From assembly GCA_964363635.1 (NCBI GenBank), contig CAYIIU010000001.1:5112-69111 (forward strand): a stretch of DNA of 64,000 nt, written 5' to 3'. Within the stretch, counting starts at the first letter, position 1, and each line of letters starts with the position of its first letter. The translations under genes were made by a program, and so were the position numbers. The DNA comes from an uncultured archaeon. GTDB taxonomy: Archaea > Iainarchaeota > Iainarchaeia > Iainarchaeales > VGJJ01. Of the stretch, positions 27,439 to 36,992 are shown piece after piece. The notes beneath the pieces were generated by a model. The model made no database searches and was not told the origin of the DNA. It saw only the letters and a program-made list of their open reading frames with translations.

Positions 27439-28143
27439 ATGCCTGTTTATCGCCGTAATAGAAAGGTCAAAGTAATATCGGAATCGCGCACAATTCTTAG
27501 TTGGATATTTCGAAGATTATCAAAGAAACGACCAAAATCGCCTCATCTTTTGGCAACCAGCCGAATTGTTCGACGTAATGGAAGACGCACCTTTAAACTA
27601 GCCAAGGAATGGCTTTTCACGCACAGTGGGCTAAACCAAGTGGAAAAGGCATATGGTCTACCAGCAGGAGCTAAATTAGGAGATATTATCAACATGGCTG
27701 AAAAAAATGATCGGAAAAATCCGCTCAATGTGGTTGAGTGGGGATGTGGTGCAGGCGTAGCATTATCTGAATTAGCACAAAAAAATGAGTATGGAAATCG
27801 AACCCGTTTTTTCGGATTCTCCGATGAGGCCTTTTCGCAATGGGAAAAGTATTTGAAAGCGGTTTCGTTTATTCAAGCGCCTGCAACTGACTTTCAACAC
27901 TATTTGAAAAAAATTAGACCAGGGGTTATCTTTTCGCACTATGGGCTGATTCACCTTTCTCCAGCAGACCTTGCCCAACATATCAAAGAAATTGCTCCTT
28001 ATCTGCGCCCAAAAGGTTTTATTGTAACAGATTACAAATCAAGAGAATATGAAAATCCACAAATCATGATCGATATTTTCGCGCGGGCGGGTCTAAAATT
28101 GATGGCCACAGGCAAAAACGCACTCGTGTTCCAGAAGGACTAA
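27439..28143 (+). CDS. class I SAM-dependent methyltransferase with Arg-rich N-terminus
   Basis: Motif I VVEWGCGAG; YLRPKGFIV. Confidence 0.8.
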   Translation: MPVYRRNRKVKVISESRTILSWIFRRLSKKRPKSPHLLATSRIVRRNGRRTFKLAKEWLFTHSGLNQVEKAYGLPAGAKLGDIINMAEKNDRKNPLNVVEWGCGAGVALSELAQKNEYGNRTRFFGFSDEAFSQWEKYLKAVSFIQAPATDFQHYLKKIRPGVIFSHYGLIHLSPADLAQHIKEIAPYLRPKGFIVTDYKSREYENPQIMIDIFARAGLKLMATGKNALVFQKD

Positions 28144-28203
28144 CGCTAATTGCCAGCGCAACAATCGGGGAATCCATATAAAGCCCAATTTTACTCTGAG
28201 AGC

Positions 28204-29580
28204 ATGCCTACCAACCTAGAGTATGCCTTCTCAGCGAAAAGCGTTGCCGTGATTGGGGCATCGCGAAACCCGGGAAAAATAGGGTATGTTACGCTGGAAA
28301 ACTTTGTGAAAGGGGGGTTTCGAGGCAAACTATTCGCGGTGAACCCGAGCGCGGAATCTATTCTGAATGTGAAATGTTTTCCATCCATTTCTGCCATCAA
28401 AGACAAGGTGGAATTAGCCGTCATCACCATCCCCGGAGAATTCGTCCCAAAAACGATTGAAGAATGCGGAAAAAAAGGTGTAAAGGCATGCATCATTATC
28501 TCCGCGGGATTTTCAGAAGTGGGAAACGCTCAACTGACTAAAAAATTGCAATCCGCCATGAACAAATACCCCTCCATGAAATGCATCGGACCCAATTGTT
28601 TGGGAGTGTTAGACACTCATTCCAATATTGACACCCTATTCTTGCCGCGCTACCGCTTGATGCGGCCTAAACGCGGAAAGATTTCCTTCATTTCTCAAAG
28701 CGGAGCATTGGGAAGCGCAGTGTTAGACTGGGCCGGAAGCAAAGAGTATGGAATCAACAAATTCATCTCATATGGAAATGCCATGAGCACGGACGAGGCG
28801 GATTTGTTGGAATATTTGGCCGAAGACAGGGATACGAAAGTCATTTGCGTGTACTTGGAAGGCGTGCGCAACGGACAGAAATTCTTCAAAGTTGCAAAGA
28901 AGGTCTCCGAGAAAAAACCCGTGATTATCATCAAAGGCGGAATGAGTGAAGCCGGAGGAAAAGCCACGGCCTCGCACACGGGAAGCCTGGCGGGAAACGC
29001 TAAAGTGTTTGATGCGGTGGTCAAACAGACCGGACTCATCCGCGCCGATAGCATGAGGCAAGTGTTTGATTACGCACGCGTGCTCGCGAGCGAACCTCGA
29101 CCCAAAGGAAACCGAGCGCAGATTATCACGAATGGAGGAGGATATGGGGTCCTCACCGCGGATGCATTATCCGATTCGTGCTTGAATTTGGCCGAGATGA
29201 GCGCCGAGTCGCGCAAACCCATTATCGCTGCGTCTCCTTCCTATGCCGTAATCAAAAACCCAATGGACTTAACGGGAGACGCGGACAACAACCGTTTTAT
29301 GGTAGCGATGGACAACGCACTCAAGGACGGGAATGTGGATTCCATTATTTTGATCCTATTATTCCAAGTTCCCACACTCGATTCGGATATTATTGAAGGC
29401 ATAAGCGGATTGCTCACGAAACGAACAAAGCCTGTTCTCGTGGTGAGCGCCGGCGGGGAATTTGCCAAAATGCACATGAAATTATTGGAAAAAGAAGGAA
29501 TACAAACATTCGAGGAACCCATTGACGCGGCGAATGCACTGCATGCGCTGACATATTATCATCATGGCAGTAAAAATTAA
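28204..29580 (+). CDS. acdA: ADP-forming acetate/acyl-CoA ligase alpha subunit
   Basis: VAVIGAS, SAGFSE, GPNCLG, SQSGA, SHTGSLAG phospho-His motif, NPMDLTGDA. Confidence 0.93.
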   Translation: MPTNLEYAFSAKSVAVIGASRNPGKIGYVTLENFVKGGFRGKLFAVNPSAESILNVKCFPSISAIKDKVELAVITIPGEFVPKTIEECGKKGVKACIIISAGFSEVGNAQLTKKLQSAMNKYPSMKCIGPNCLGVLDTHSNIDTLFLPRYRLMRPKRGKISFISQSGALGSAVLDWAGSKEYGINKFISYGNAMSTDEADLLEYLAEDRDTKVICVYLEGVRNGQKFFKVAKKVSEKKPVIIIKGGMSEAGGKATASHTGSLAGNAKVFDAVVKQTGLIRADSMRQVFDYARVLASEPRPKGNRAQIITNGGGYGVLTADALSDSCLNLAEMSAESRKPIIAASPSYAVIKNPMDLTGDADNNRFMVAMDNALKDGNVDSIILILLFQVPTLDSDIIEGISGLLTKRTKPVLVVSAGGEFAKMHMKLLEKEGIQTFEEPIDAANALHALTYYHHGSKN

Positions 29581-29934
29581 TTATTTCTGATGCACCAGAT
29601 TATTTTCAGCGTTTTTGTGATTATATTTTGCGAGAATTTCCTTCTGCACCATATTGAACGCTTCTTCGATGTCCACGTTTAATTGGTTTGCAAGGCGACA
29701 CATTCCAAAAAATAAATCTCCAATTCCGTCGACAAAAATTTCTTTTTTGTCCTTGATTATTTGAATCCGCTCCTCTTCGGATTTGTACCGCAAATGCTGG
29801 GACATTTCAATCAACTCCTCGTGCAGATGATCAAATTTGTCCACATTTGGAAAATCTTTCCATTTATTTCGCTCAGCAAAACCTCTAACGAGTTCCTGAG
29901 CACCTTTCATTGTTGTAATTTGCTTTTCTTCCAT
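29581..29934 (-). CDS. MazG-like nucleotide pyrophosphohydrolase
   Basis: HLHEELIE...GIGDLFF..LANQLNVDIEEAF; start uncertain. Confidence 0.8.
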   Translation of the reverse strand: MEEKQITTMKGAQELVRGFAERNKWKDFPNVDKFDHLHEELIEMSQHLRYKSEEERIQIIKDKKEIFVDGIGDLFFGMCRLANQLNVDIEEAFNMVQKEILAKYNHKNAENNLVHQK

Positions 29935-29947
29935 CTCATTCACGCTC

Positions 29948-31267
29948 CTATTTTTTTTCCACTGCAATTACCAGTTCTTCTTTCTTTTCCGGCTGGACTA
30001 ATTCTCCTTCACGCAGCAATTGTACGACCTTGTCAATATTATCTTTTTCTTCGAGCAGCTCGAACAAGCGTTTCACATCAATGCGCTTGTCCATGAGGGT
30101 TTGCTGCAGGTTTTTTTCGAGCAAATCAATCCCCATCTTCGATAACGAGGTGTTTGACTTATGCAGGGCGCGCAATTCATCCAAACGGAATGAAAATTCT
30201 CCCGTGGAAAACTTTTTCATGCACGAAAACAAGGCTTTGGACTCGAACTCTTTCACTAAAGGGGAAATATCCACATCTGCCTGCGTAAAACCCTTAGCGA
30301 GCGTGCCCGTGACCTTGAGGCGGTAAAGAGGGAGCATATCGTGCGTTAGTTTGGAATGAATCAAATCTTTTTCAATCACTTCGCGGCAGACTTTCAGAAT
30401 TTTCTGCGGCGTTCCGTCTTTGAATTTCAATTTGTGATAGTACAGTTTACGCTGCTTGGGAAGATGGTGCATTTCGAGTTGTTTGGTTTTCGTATCGTAG
30501 ATGTACCAACCCTTTGGTTTCTTCCCTTCGAGGTTTTTCATCTGGGTGAATACGGTTGAACCGGGAATCAACAATTTTTTGCCCTCCCACTCGGTCAATG
30601 AGGTCCAGTGCAAGTGTCCATTCAGGAGCAAATCGAATCCACTCGGAAGATTTTCCAACCCAATCGTGGCGACCATATCATCTTTGCTCGGGAGAAACTC
30701 TTTGATGGACTGATGAAGCACGAGAAGGTTGTGCACGTCCGAAATGGGTTGGGGATTGTACATCTTCAACGCCTCAAGGGCGCGCTTCTCGGGAATGCCG
30801 CTCATGCCGTGCACGGCGACTTTTTCGAGTTCGCCTTTTTCGTTCTTTTTTTCGATTAAAGCGTGGGAAGCATGCAAGCAAATGAGAAAATTCCCCGTTT
30901 CCAACACTTGCAGGGCGTTCTTCAAATCTTTTGAACGGTATTCGTGCGTGCCTGCAATGGCAATGAGGGGAATTCCTTGGTAATTGAATCCATTGGCAGA
31001 ACCATCTCTTTTTTGGTGAGTGATTTTTACTTCCGGGTCTTTCCCATTTTGAAGAATGCTCAACAAGTCGAAGGATTCGTTCCACACTTCCTGAATAGGA
31101 ATCTTGTGGTCAAAAAAATCCCCGGGGTGGATAATAGCATCCACATTTTGGTTGGCAATGCCTTCGAGGGCCTGCTTTAATGCGAGATACGCGTCCCCTT
31201 CACGTGAACTACCGCGGGCAAACCCTAAATGGGTGTCGGAAACGATGGCGAGGCGCATGAACACCAT
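29948..31267 (-). CDS. mre11: DNA repair exonuclease Mre11
   Basis: SDTHLG, GDFFD, GTHE, LHQ, GHLH, PGS. Confidence 0.9.
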   Translation of the reverse strand: MVFMRLAIVSDTHLGFARGSSREGDAYLALKQALEGIANQNVDAIIHPGDFFDHKIPIQEVWNESFDLLSILQNGKDPEVKITHQKRDGSANGFNYQGIPLIAIAGTHEYRSKDLKNALQVLETGNFLICLHASHALIEKKNEKGELEKVAVHGMSGIPEKRALEALKMYNPQPISDVHNLLVLHQSIKEFLPSKDDMVATIGLENLPSGFDLLLNGHLHWTSLTEWEGKKLLIPGSTVFTQMKNLEGKKPKGWYIYDTKTKQLEMHHLPKQRKLYYHKLKFKDGTPQKILKVCREVIEKDLIHSKLTHDMLPLYRLKVTGTLAKGFTQADVDISPLVKEFESKALFSCMKKFSTGEFSFRLDELRALHKSNTSLSKMGIDLLEKNLQQTLMDKRIDVKRLFELLEEKDNIDKVVQLLREGELVQPEKKEELVIAVEKK

Positions 31268-31325
31268 TACGGCGCGGACTCATTTAAGGATTGTGAATAA
31301 AATTGCCAAATTGAGCTTGAACTGA

Positions 31326-32009
31326 CTAGTACCCTTCCCCGTGCGCGGGCTTGATGTAGCGGTTTTCCAGCAGCCATTGGGGAAGGTATTGCACGCTCGG
31401 AATCATATTTTCACGCGCAAGCCCCTCGCGGGAAAACTTTTGAGCAGAGTGAAAACCGCTCAGCACGGCGCAGAAATCAACCCCCGCTCCGCGCGCAGTG
31501 AAATAATCAACGGTAAGATCACCCACATATAACATTTCATTTTTCTTGATGTAGTGCTTCTTGAACTGAAACAAGACTTCATCAAACGCCCGCGAATCCG
31601 GCTTCTTGAAAAAAGTGGACTGCTCTCCAAAAACGAAGGAGAAAATTTTAGGGTTTAATGCCGTGTATTCGATTCGCTCCAACAATTGCTCCGTAGGTTT
31701 GTTGGATAAAATCCCCAACTCGATATGATGCTCGTGCAGAAAATTAATGGTTTCCAGCGCGCCGGGGATTAAGGGATAACGCGAGGATTTACGAATTTTA
31801 GAGTACGCGGCAATGAACTCATTCACATCCGCATGAGGAAAAAGTGCGAGAATCATGGCGTGCCAAGGCTTCCCCCAGAATTTCAAAAAAGTCGAAAAAG
31901 CGGGCTTGGGCCACCCGAGAATTTGGGCGGTTTTGCAGTGGTTGCGGTACGAGGTTTCCCCACTCTTGACTAGGGTATCATCAAAATCGAATATAACAGC
32001 CTTGAGCAT
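31326..32009 (-). CDS. HAD family hydrolase
   Basis: IFDFDDTL, LSN, KKPD, VGD...D. Confidence 0.9.
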   Translation of the reverse strand: MLKAVIFDFDDTLVKSGETSYRNHCKTAQILGWPKPAFSTFLKFWGKPWHAMILALFPHADVNEFIAAYSKIRKSSRYPLIPGALETINFLHEHHIELGILSNKPTEQLLERIEYTALNPKIFSFVFGEQSTFFKKPDSRAFDEVLFQFKKHYIKKNEMLYVGDLTVDYFTARGAGVDFCAVLSGFHSAQKFSREGLARENMIPSVQYLPQWLLENRYIKPAHGEGY

Positions 32010-32151
32010 GCTCGTAAAACAACGCCTTGCATTAAAACCCTTGCCCAGATTATCCATATGGTCGCTCGGTGGATTTTGGGGAATGTAAAATTCCCCAAGA
32101 AGCCACATGATTGAATGTTGTAGGGGTACCGCCCCGCGGTACCCGTACGCA

Positions 32152-32184
32152 TTTTGATCAAACTTTTGCGATAGCAAAAGTTTG
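32152..32184 (+). repeat. tailed hairpin repeat, copy 7 (abuts tRNA-Cys)
   Basis: TTTTGAT-CAAACTTTTGC-GATA-GCAAAAGTTTG; the last G is tRNA G1. Confidence 0.75.
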
Positions 32185-32254
32185 CGGGGGTGGCAGAGAG
32201 GTTATGCGCCGGCCTGCAGAGCCGGATAGCCGAGTTCGATTCTCGGTCCCCGCT
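32184..32254 (+). tRNA. tRNA-Cys(GCA)
   Basis: Acceptor GCGGGGG/TCCCCGC, anticodon arm CCGGC-CTGCAGA-GCCGG, T arm CCGAG-TTCGATT-CTCGG, discriminator U. Confidence 0.95.
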
Positions 32255-32345
32255 TACGATTAGTAAACCGTACGCGCCAATCATCGGGTTAATCGGCGAT
32301 GCCCCGAGCACACCTTTTTATTGAATCAATACAGTAATAGATAGT

Positions 32346-32534
32346 ATGAGCGACACTGCTGTACTAAAAGCCATCCAAACCAGGCTTGAGACCATGGATA
32401 CTAAACTAAATGCCTTACTCGTGAAAGAGGAAGCTCCAACCAAAGAAGAACTACGCGCGATGAAACGCGGACATAAAGAAATCGCCGAAGGAAAAGTAAT
32501 TCCTTGGGAAACGGTAAAAGCTCGAAACCAATAA
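32346..32534 (+). CDS. antitoxin
   Basis: PTKEELRAMKRGHKEIAEGKVIPWETVK; paralog of 21198. Confidence 0.8.
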   Translation: MSDTAVLKAIQTRLETMDTKLNALLVKEEAPTKEELRAMKRGHKEIAEGKVIPWETVKARNQ

Positions 32535-32546
32535 AGGCCCTCTATC

Positions 32547-32819
32547 ATGTCTGTCTATACTGTCGAATTGACGCGCGTAGCAGACAAACAATACACCAAA
32601 CTCGAACCCAAAATGAAAGAACGTATCAAAGAAGCCATTGACGCTCTCCGTGAAAACCCCGCACCAGTGAACCAATTCGATGTTACCAAAATAACTGGAA
32701 GCCAATCCGACTATCGTATCAGAATAGGAGACTATCGAATCCAATACACCGTAAACTGGAAAGAAAAATACGTCAAAGTGTACGACATTGACCGAAAGAA
32801 AGATCGAAGCTACAAATAA
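32547..32819 (+). CDS. RelE family toxin
   Basis: YRIRIGDYRIQY; paralog of 21426. Confidence 0.92.
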   Translation: MSVYTVELTRVADKQYTKLEPKMKERIKEAIDALRENPAPVNQFDVTKITGSQSDYRIRIGDYRIQYTVNWKEKYVKVYDIDRKKDRSYK

Positions 32820-33060
32820 GCAATTTTTTCACCAAAAAGTATAGACCTATAATACCACGTTGACCCTAAGGAAATGGGCAATCAGGGTGTTGAATTACCA
32901 TGGACAGAGACCCGATCCGTTGTCCGGACTCTCGGTCCCCGCTTATACTTTGGCGTTGAAGCGCTGTGGGAATAGTAGAAAAACGCGCTTTAACTGGGAT
33001 GCGAATCTTGGCTTGTCAATGTACCAAAAAAGATTTATTGAGGGATAGTAGACAATAAGC

Positions 33061-33405
33061 ATGTCATTAAAGAATCACAAACAGATATTTGCAGGAGCAC
33101 TAATTATAGTTTTTCTATTTTTTGCTTTTATTGTAAGTGGCTTTTTGGTAATTATAGAAGACAATTACGAAACTCCATGTGATGAACTTCCAACCACACA
33201 TGAATCCCAACAAATTTTATCAGCACACACCCAGGAACAAAATCAGGTAAACGCTATTTCCTTCGGAATGAGTATTGATACCTCTCGATGTCCTGGGAAA
33301 GCCGAAATTGTTATCAATTATCAAACTTTATCTGATCGACAAAAAATAAAAGACCTAATTGGAAACACTTTTTTTGGCATTCCCTATCGAATGAGCAACA
33401 ATTAA
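33061..33405 (+). CDS. membrane-anchored hypothetical protein
   Basis: N-terminal TM helix, two Cys, AT-rich. Confidence 0.7.
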   Translation: MSLKNHKQIFAGALIIVFLFFAFIVSGFLVIIEDNYETPCDELPTTHESQQILSAHTQEQNQVNAISFGMSIDTSRCPGKAEIVINYQTLSDRQKIKDLIGNTFFGIPYRMSNN

Positions 33406-33420
33406 ACAGGCAACAGCAAA

Positions 33421-33534
33421 TTACCACGTTTCCAATTCGTTCAGAAACTCACCCTTACTCATTTTGATAAACTTTCCTTCATCATGTCTTTTCCAGGCTT
33501 TTTCAACGCGCTTAGAAAATATTGCATTATTCAT
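33421..33534 (-). CDS. 37-aa antitoxin-like mini ORF (not in the ORF track)
   Basis: MNNAIFSKRVEKAWKRHDEGKFIKMSKGEFLNELETW starts 5 nt after the RelE stop and resembles the C-terminal tail of archaeal AbrB-type antitoxins. Confidence 0.55.
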   Translation of the reverse strand: MNNAIFSKRVEKAWKRHDEGKFIKMSKGEFLNELETW

Positions 33535-33539
33535 AACAA

Positions 33540-33797
33540 TCAAATCCGCTTGTAAATAGTACTACGATGACCCACTACGCGCACCCAAATAATATCCGGG
33601 TTTCTTTCCACATCAACAATGGCGCGATAATCTCCAACCCGAATTTTGTGCCCATATTCTTTATCGTTAATGGATTCGATTCCGCGACCAGTTTGGGCCA
33701 CTTCACCCAATTTTCGAACAATCCGGGCCGCCACATCCTTTGGAAGCTTTTCTAACTGCTTCTCCGCTTTAGGGTCGTAACGGACCTCATAGGTCAT
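33540..33797 (-). CDS. RelE/ParE family toxin
   Basis: AEKQLEKLP, KIRVGDYR, VGHRSTIY. Confidence 0.92.
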   Translation of the reverse strand: MTYEVRYDPKAEKQLEKLPKDVAARIVRKLGEVAQTGRGIESINDKEYGHKIRVGDYRAIVDVERNPDIIWVRVVGHRSTIYKRI

Positions 33798-33988
33798 CGA
33801 AACTTCTTTTCCATTTCCTTTTGAGACTTAAACTCAATGTGAGCCCGTTTGCGGGATTCTTTTACTTGTGCTTTCGTTTCGTCATTTAATTCAAATTGGG
33901 ACTCTTCAAAGAGTTCTCTGAACTCATGCAAGTCCCTTTGGATTGCATCCACTTTAGTATTGATTTGTTTCAACTCAGTTTCAGTCAT
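33794..33988 (-). CDS. antitoxin
   Basis: ATGA overlap with RelE; FKSQKEMEKKF tail. Confidence 0.75.
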   Translation of the reverse strand: MTETELKQINTKVDAIQRDLHEFRELFEESQFELNDETKAQVKESRKRAHIEFKSQKEMEKKFR

Positions 33989-34123
33989 ATTAAATTAGGC
34001 GTCAAAAGACTATATAAAAATACCCACGCCAAATCGCCAAAAAAGCTTAAATCAGTTTATGTATCCAATCAGAGTCCAGAAAGTAGCACTTTAACACGCA
34101 GTATAGGAACGGCCTCCGCTTAT

Positions 34124-34333
34124 TTATTCCTTTATTCCGAGAGACACTAAACGTCGGCTGAAACGCGTGGAGAACTTTTTCGAGTGGCGGGATTTTTCAA
34201 CGATTTTATCAAAAACGGCTTCTCTTCGTTCATCGGATTCTCTCCGGTCTCGCTTGATTTCCCGCACGATTTCCCCCATTGAAACGGGGCTATTTTTGTC
34301 GGAATATTTATCAAATGGAAATTTCTTTTTCAT
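34124..34333 (-). CDS. small protein coupled to VapC, antitoxin-like
   Basis: ATGA overlap with the PIN gene; SMGEIVREIKRDR. Confidence 0.5.
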   Translation of the reverse strand: MKKKFPFDKYSDKNSPVSMGEIVREIKRDRRESDERREAVFDKIVEKSRHSKKFSTRFSRRLVSLGIKE

Positions 34334-34716
34334 AGATTCACCACCTGTGCATTAGGAAGGTTTCTAAAATCATTGTCGGAAGAAATGAGCAATGCTCCTG
34401 CGGAAAGGGCAGATTGATAGATGATGCTGTCCATGGAAGCGAGGTGATGCTGAACGCTTATCTCGGCGGATTTCAAAGCAATGTCTTCATCGATTGGAAC
34501 AATCGTGCTGTTTTCGTGCATGAAGCGAATGACTTCTTTGACGTAGGCTTCATTCGTCTTCAAGCGAATGAGACGGCGTGGCACTTCGTGAAAACAAACA
34601 ATGGACGTGAGCAATTTTCCTTCGTGGGAGTCCATCATTTTTCCCACCAGCTCGTCCGTGTGGAGGAAATAATCCAGCCAGATGCTCGAATCAATGAACA
34701 AGTTAGTATTTGTCAT
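34330..34716 (-). CDS. PIN domain (VapC) toxin
   Basis: FIDSSIW, HE, MDSII, SSDNDF. Confidence 0.92.
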   Translation of the reverse strand: MTNTNLFIDSSIWLDYFLHTDELVGKMMDSHEGKLLTSIVCFHEVPRRLIRLKTNEAYVKEVIRFMHENSTIVPIDEDIALKSAEISVQHHLASMDSIIYQSALSAGALLISSDNDFRNLPNAQVVNL

Positions 34717-34933
34717 TCTTATCCCTCAATCCTTTCAAAATTTCCTTCATGGAAATATCCTTTCCTTCATCGGCCAAAAAGCCATGCAAGGACTTCGTCT
34801 TCTTCTGAATCAATTGGTTGATGACTGCATCATAGGTTTTCATGCCATACGCCTCCTTGAGCGAGTCTAAAAATTTCTTCGTGCCTTTTTCCACCTGAAT
34901 CGTTGTCGTGTCTACCACTAAAATCACCATCAA
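34703..34933 (-). CDS. VapB-like antitoxin
   Basis: TTIQV...L..LK.....TYDAVI..LI; overlaps the PIN gene. Confidence 0.8.
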   Translation of the reverse strand: MMVILVVDTTTIQVEKGTKKFLDSLKEAYGMKTYDAVINQLIQKKTKSLHGFLADEGKDISMKEILKGLRDKNDKY

Positions 34934-35016
34934 CTATAGTGCTATAGTATTTAAGAATTCGTGTGCGAGAACGCCGAGGAAGAGATGTTTAAACACATGC
35001 GAATACCCATAATGAT

Positions 35017-35622
35017 ATGGAAAATTCAACTGCTTTTTTCGAAGCCATTACCGCGTTGGAAGGACTCAAGAAACGCGCCCGCGCAGGATGGGTTAAGCGC
35101 GGCGTGAAAAATGCGGAAAGCGTTGCCGACCATTCATGGCGCGCAGGACTCATGGCCTACATGCTCGCGCCCGAAGGATACGATAAAGACAAAATGTTGA
35201 AGATGGGGCTCATTCATGACGCCACAGAAATATTTGGAGAGGATTACACCCCCGTAGATGGGATTGCGAAAGAAGAAAAAGAAAAAAAGGAACGTGAAAC
35301 GGCAGAAAACTATTTCAAATTGTTGCCTAAGAACTTGCAGAAAGAATTTCGCGGATTGTGGGAAGAATTTGAAGAACGAAAAACAAAAGAAGCGCAGTTC
35401 GTAAAACAAATCGAAATATTAGAAATGCTATTTCAAGCCCTGGAATATGAAACAGAAGAAAACTTCAAACAGGATTTGACGGAATGGTTGGAATACGAGA
35501 AAAACAATCGAAAAACAGAATGGCATCCGGTGCTAAAACATTATTTTGATGAAATTGACAAACGCTGGCCCGCGGAAGCGAAAAAGAAATTTGACGCGAG
35601 CAAATACAAGTACCATTACTAA
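35017..35622 (+). CDS. HD domain 5'-deoxynucleotidase (YfbR/HDDC2-like)
   Basis: RAGW, ESVADHS, IHD..E. Confidence 0.9.
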   Translation: MENSTAFFEAITALEGLKKRARAGWVKRGVKNAESVADHSWRAGLMAYMLAPEGYDKDKMLKMGLIHDATEIFGEDYTPVDGIAKEEKEKKERETAENYFKLLPKNLQKEFRGLWEEFEERKTKEAQFVKQIEILEMLFQALEYETEENFKQDLTEWLEYEKNNRKTEWHPVLKHYFDEIDKRWPAEAKKKFDASKYKYHY

Positions 35623-35640
35623 ATAGTTGAAACAATATTG

Positions 35641-36867
35641 CTAAGCAAAAAGAAGTTTCAGAAACGCCGTCGTCGAAACCGTTTCATTCGAAGGGAACTT
35701 GGGTTCATTCAACCACGCGCGCGTCAAATGGGCACGCAGCGCAGGCTTCTGCGCCGCTTGAGCGAAAGTAAAGTCGAGCGCCGGGGCGAAAGAGGCGAGC
35801 GTGTGCAATTGTTTTGCGGAGGAAATATCATTTTCTAAATGAGCATTCAAAATGGTTTCGTATTCGTGCAGCATCGCATACGAAACATCATTTTTTTCCA
35901 ACGCGTTCGTAATGGTTTCCGCCGCAAGCTTGCCGGAAAGCAAATGGTTTCCCAACCCGTCGCCGGAAAACGATTCACCTAGACCTGCAGCGCTCCCTAG
36001 TAATACTGCCCCCGGAAATGCACGCGTGCGCGAATGCGATGCAAGAGAATGGGACCACATTTCAGAGTTTCCAACCAATTTGGCATCTTTGAAACGCGCC
36101 GCGAATGGTTCGCTGGCAAGAATTTTTTCGAATAATGTGGGAACGTGTATATTATTTTTCTGCGCATCCGCTAATTGCACGCTCAACCCGACGTTGCACG
36201 TGTTGTTTTCGAGCGGAGTAATCCAAAGTTGTGCACGTGTGCCATTGGAAAGAAAATGCACCTCTGCTTCGTCCGTCAAACCCTGCACATTTTCATAATA
36301 GCCGCGCACACATGAAAGAGAATGTTCCGGAACCACATCATTGGCGTTCAATTGTTGTGCGACCGTGGAAGAAATTCCATCCGCACCCACCACAATGCGC
36401 GAACGAATTTCTTTGGTTTCTTTCGTGGACAAATCCGCGATGCGAACGCCAACCACACGGTCGCCTTCTTTGAGCAAACCAACGACGTGGGTTTTTTCGC
36501 GGAACTCGCATGTTTTAGAAGCGTGTTCGAAAAGAATGTTGTCCAAGAATGTACTCTTTATTCCCCAGCCGTGGGTTTCGCCGCTCTCGACACGGGGTAG
36601 TCTTTGGGAGAAAATTTTTCCTCCGGGGGACGTGAAACGGATACCCCTCACTTTGGCGTGGGGCTTGCTTTCGAGGCGGGAAATAATGCCCATTTCTTCC
36701 ATCAGCGAGCGGCTTTTGCCTGCGAGACATAGGTCCCGGGAGGGTTTTTCCCGAGGAAAGGAAGCCTTGTCTAATAGTAAAACGCGGGCCCCTTTTTCCG
36801 CTGTTAAACGGGCGCAAACCGCGCCGGAAGGGCCCCCACCCACGACAATTACATCATAATCGGACAT
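35641..36867 (-). CDS. geranylgeranyl reductase-family FAD oxidoreductase, divergent
   Basis: VGGGPSG, FPREK, VGADG, GSAAG. Confidence 0.85.
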   Translation of the reverse strand: MSDYDVIVVGGGPSGAVCARLTAEKGARVLLLDKASFPREKPSRDLCLAGKSRSLMEEMGIISRLESKPHAKVRGIRFTSPGGKIFSQRLPRVESGETHGWGIKSTFLDNILFEHASKTCEFREKTHVVGLLKEGDRVVGVRIADLSTKETKEIRSRIVVGADGISSTVAQQLNANDVVPEHSLSCVRGYYENVQGLTDEAEVHFLSNGTRAQLWITPLENNTCNVGLSVQLADAQKNNIHVPTLFEKILASEPFAARFKDAKLVGNSEMWSHSLASHSRTRAFPGAVLLGSAAGLGESFSGDGLGNHLLSGKLAAETITNALEKNDVSYAMLHEYETILNAHLENDISSAKQLHTLASFAPALDFTFAQAAQKPALRAHLTRAWLNEPKFPSNETVSTTAFLKLLFA

Positions 36868-36992
36868 ACCACCCATCACGCTAAAGGGCGTTAAAAGCGC
36901 TCCTATAGGAAATACCAAGGGAACGCAGGGCGTCGATTTTTAAATGATTCTCAGGGGTTTTTGAGTATCTAGAACACGAAAAGGACGTTGGT

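Larger units (their letters stand above)
32241..32945 (+). mobile_element. tRNA-Cys-integrated micro-islet carrying a RelBE pair
   Basis: Exact 16-bp direct repeat TCTCGGTCCCCGCTTA at 32241-32256 and 32930-32945. Confidence 0.75.

Noticed and set aside
33460..33480. TTTTGATAAACTTT as another hairpin copy
   Set aside because: There is no complementary arm, and it lies inside the antitoxin-like mini ORF.
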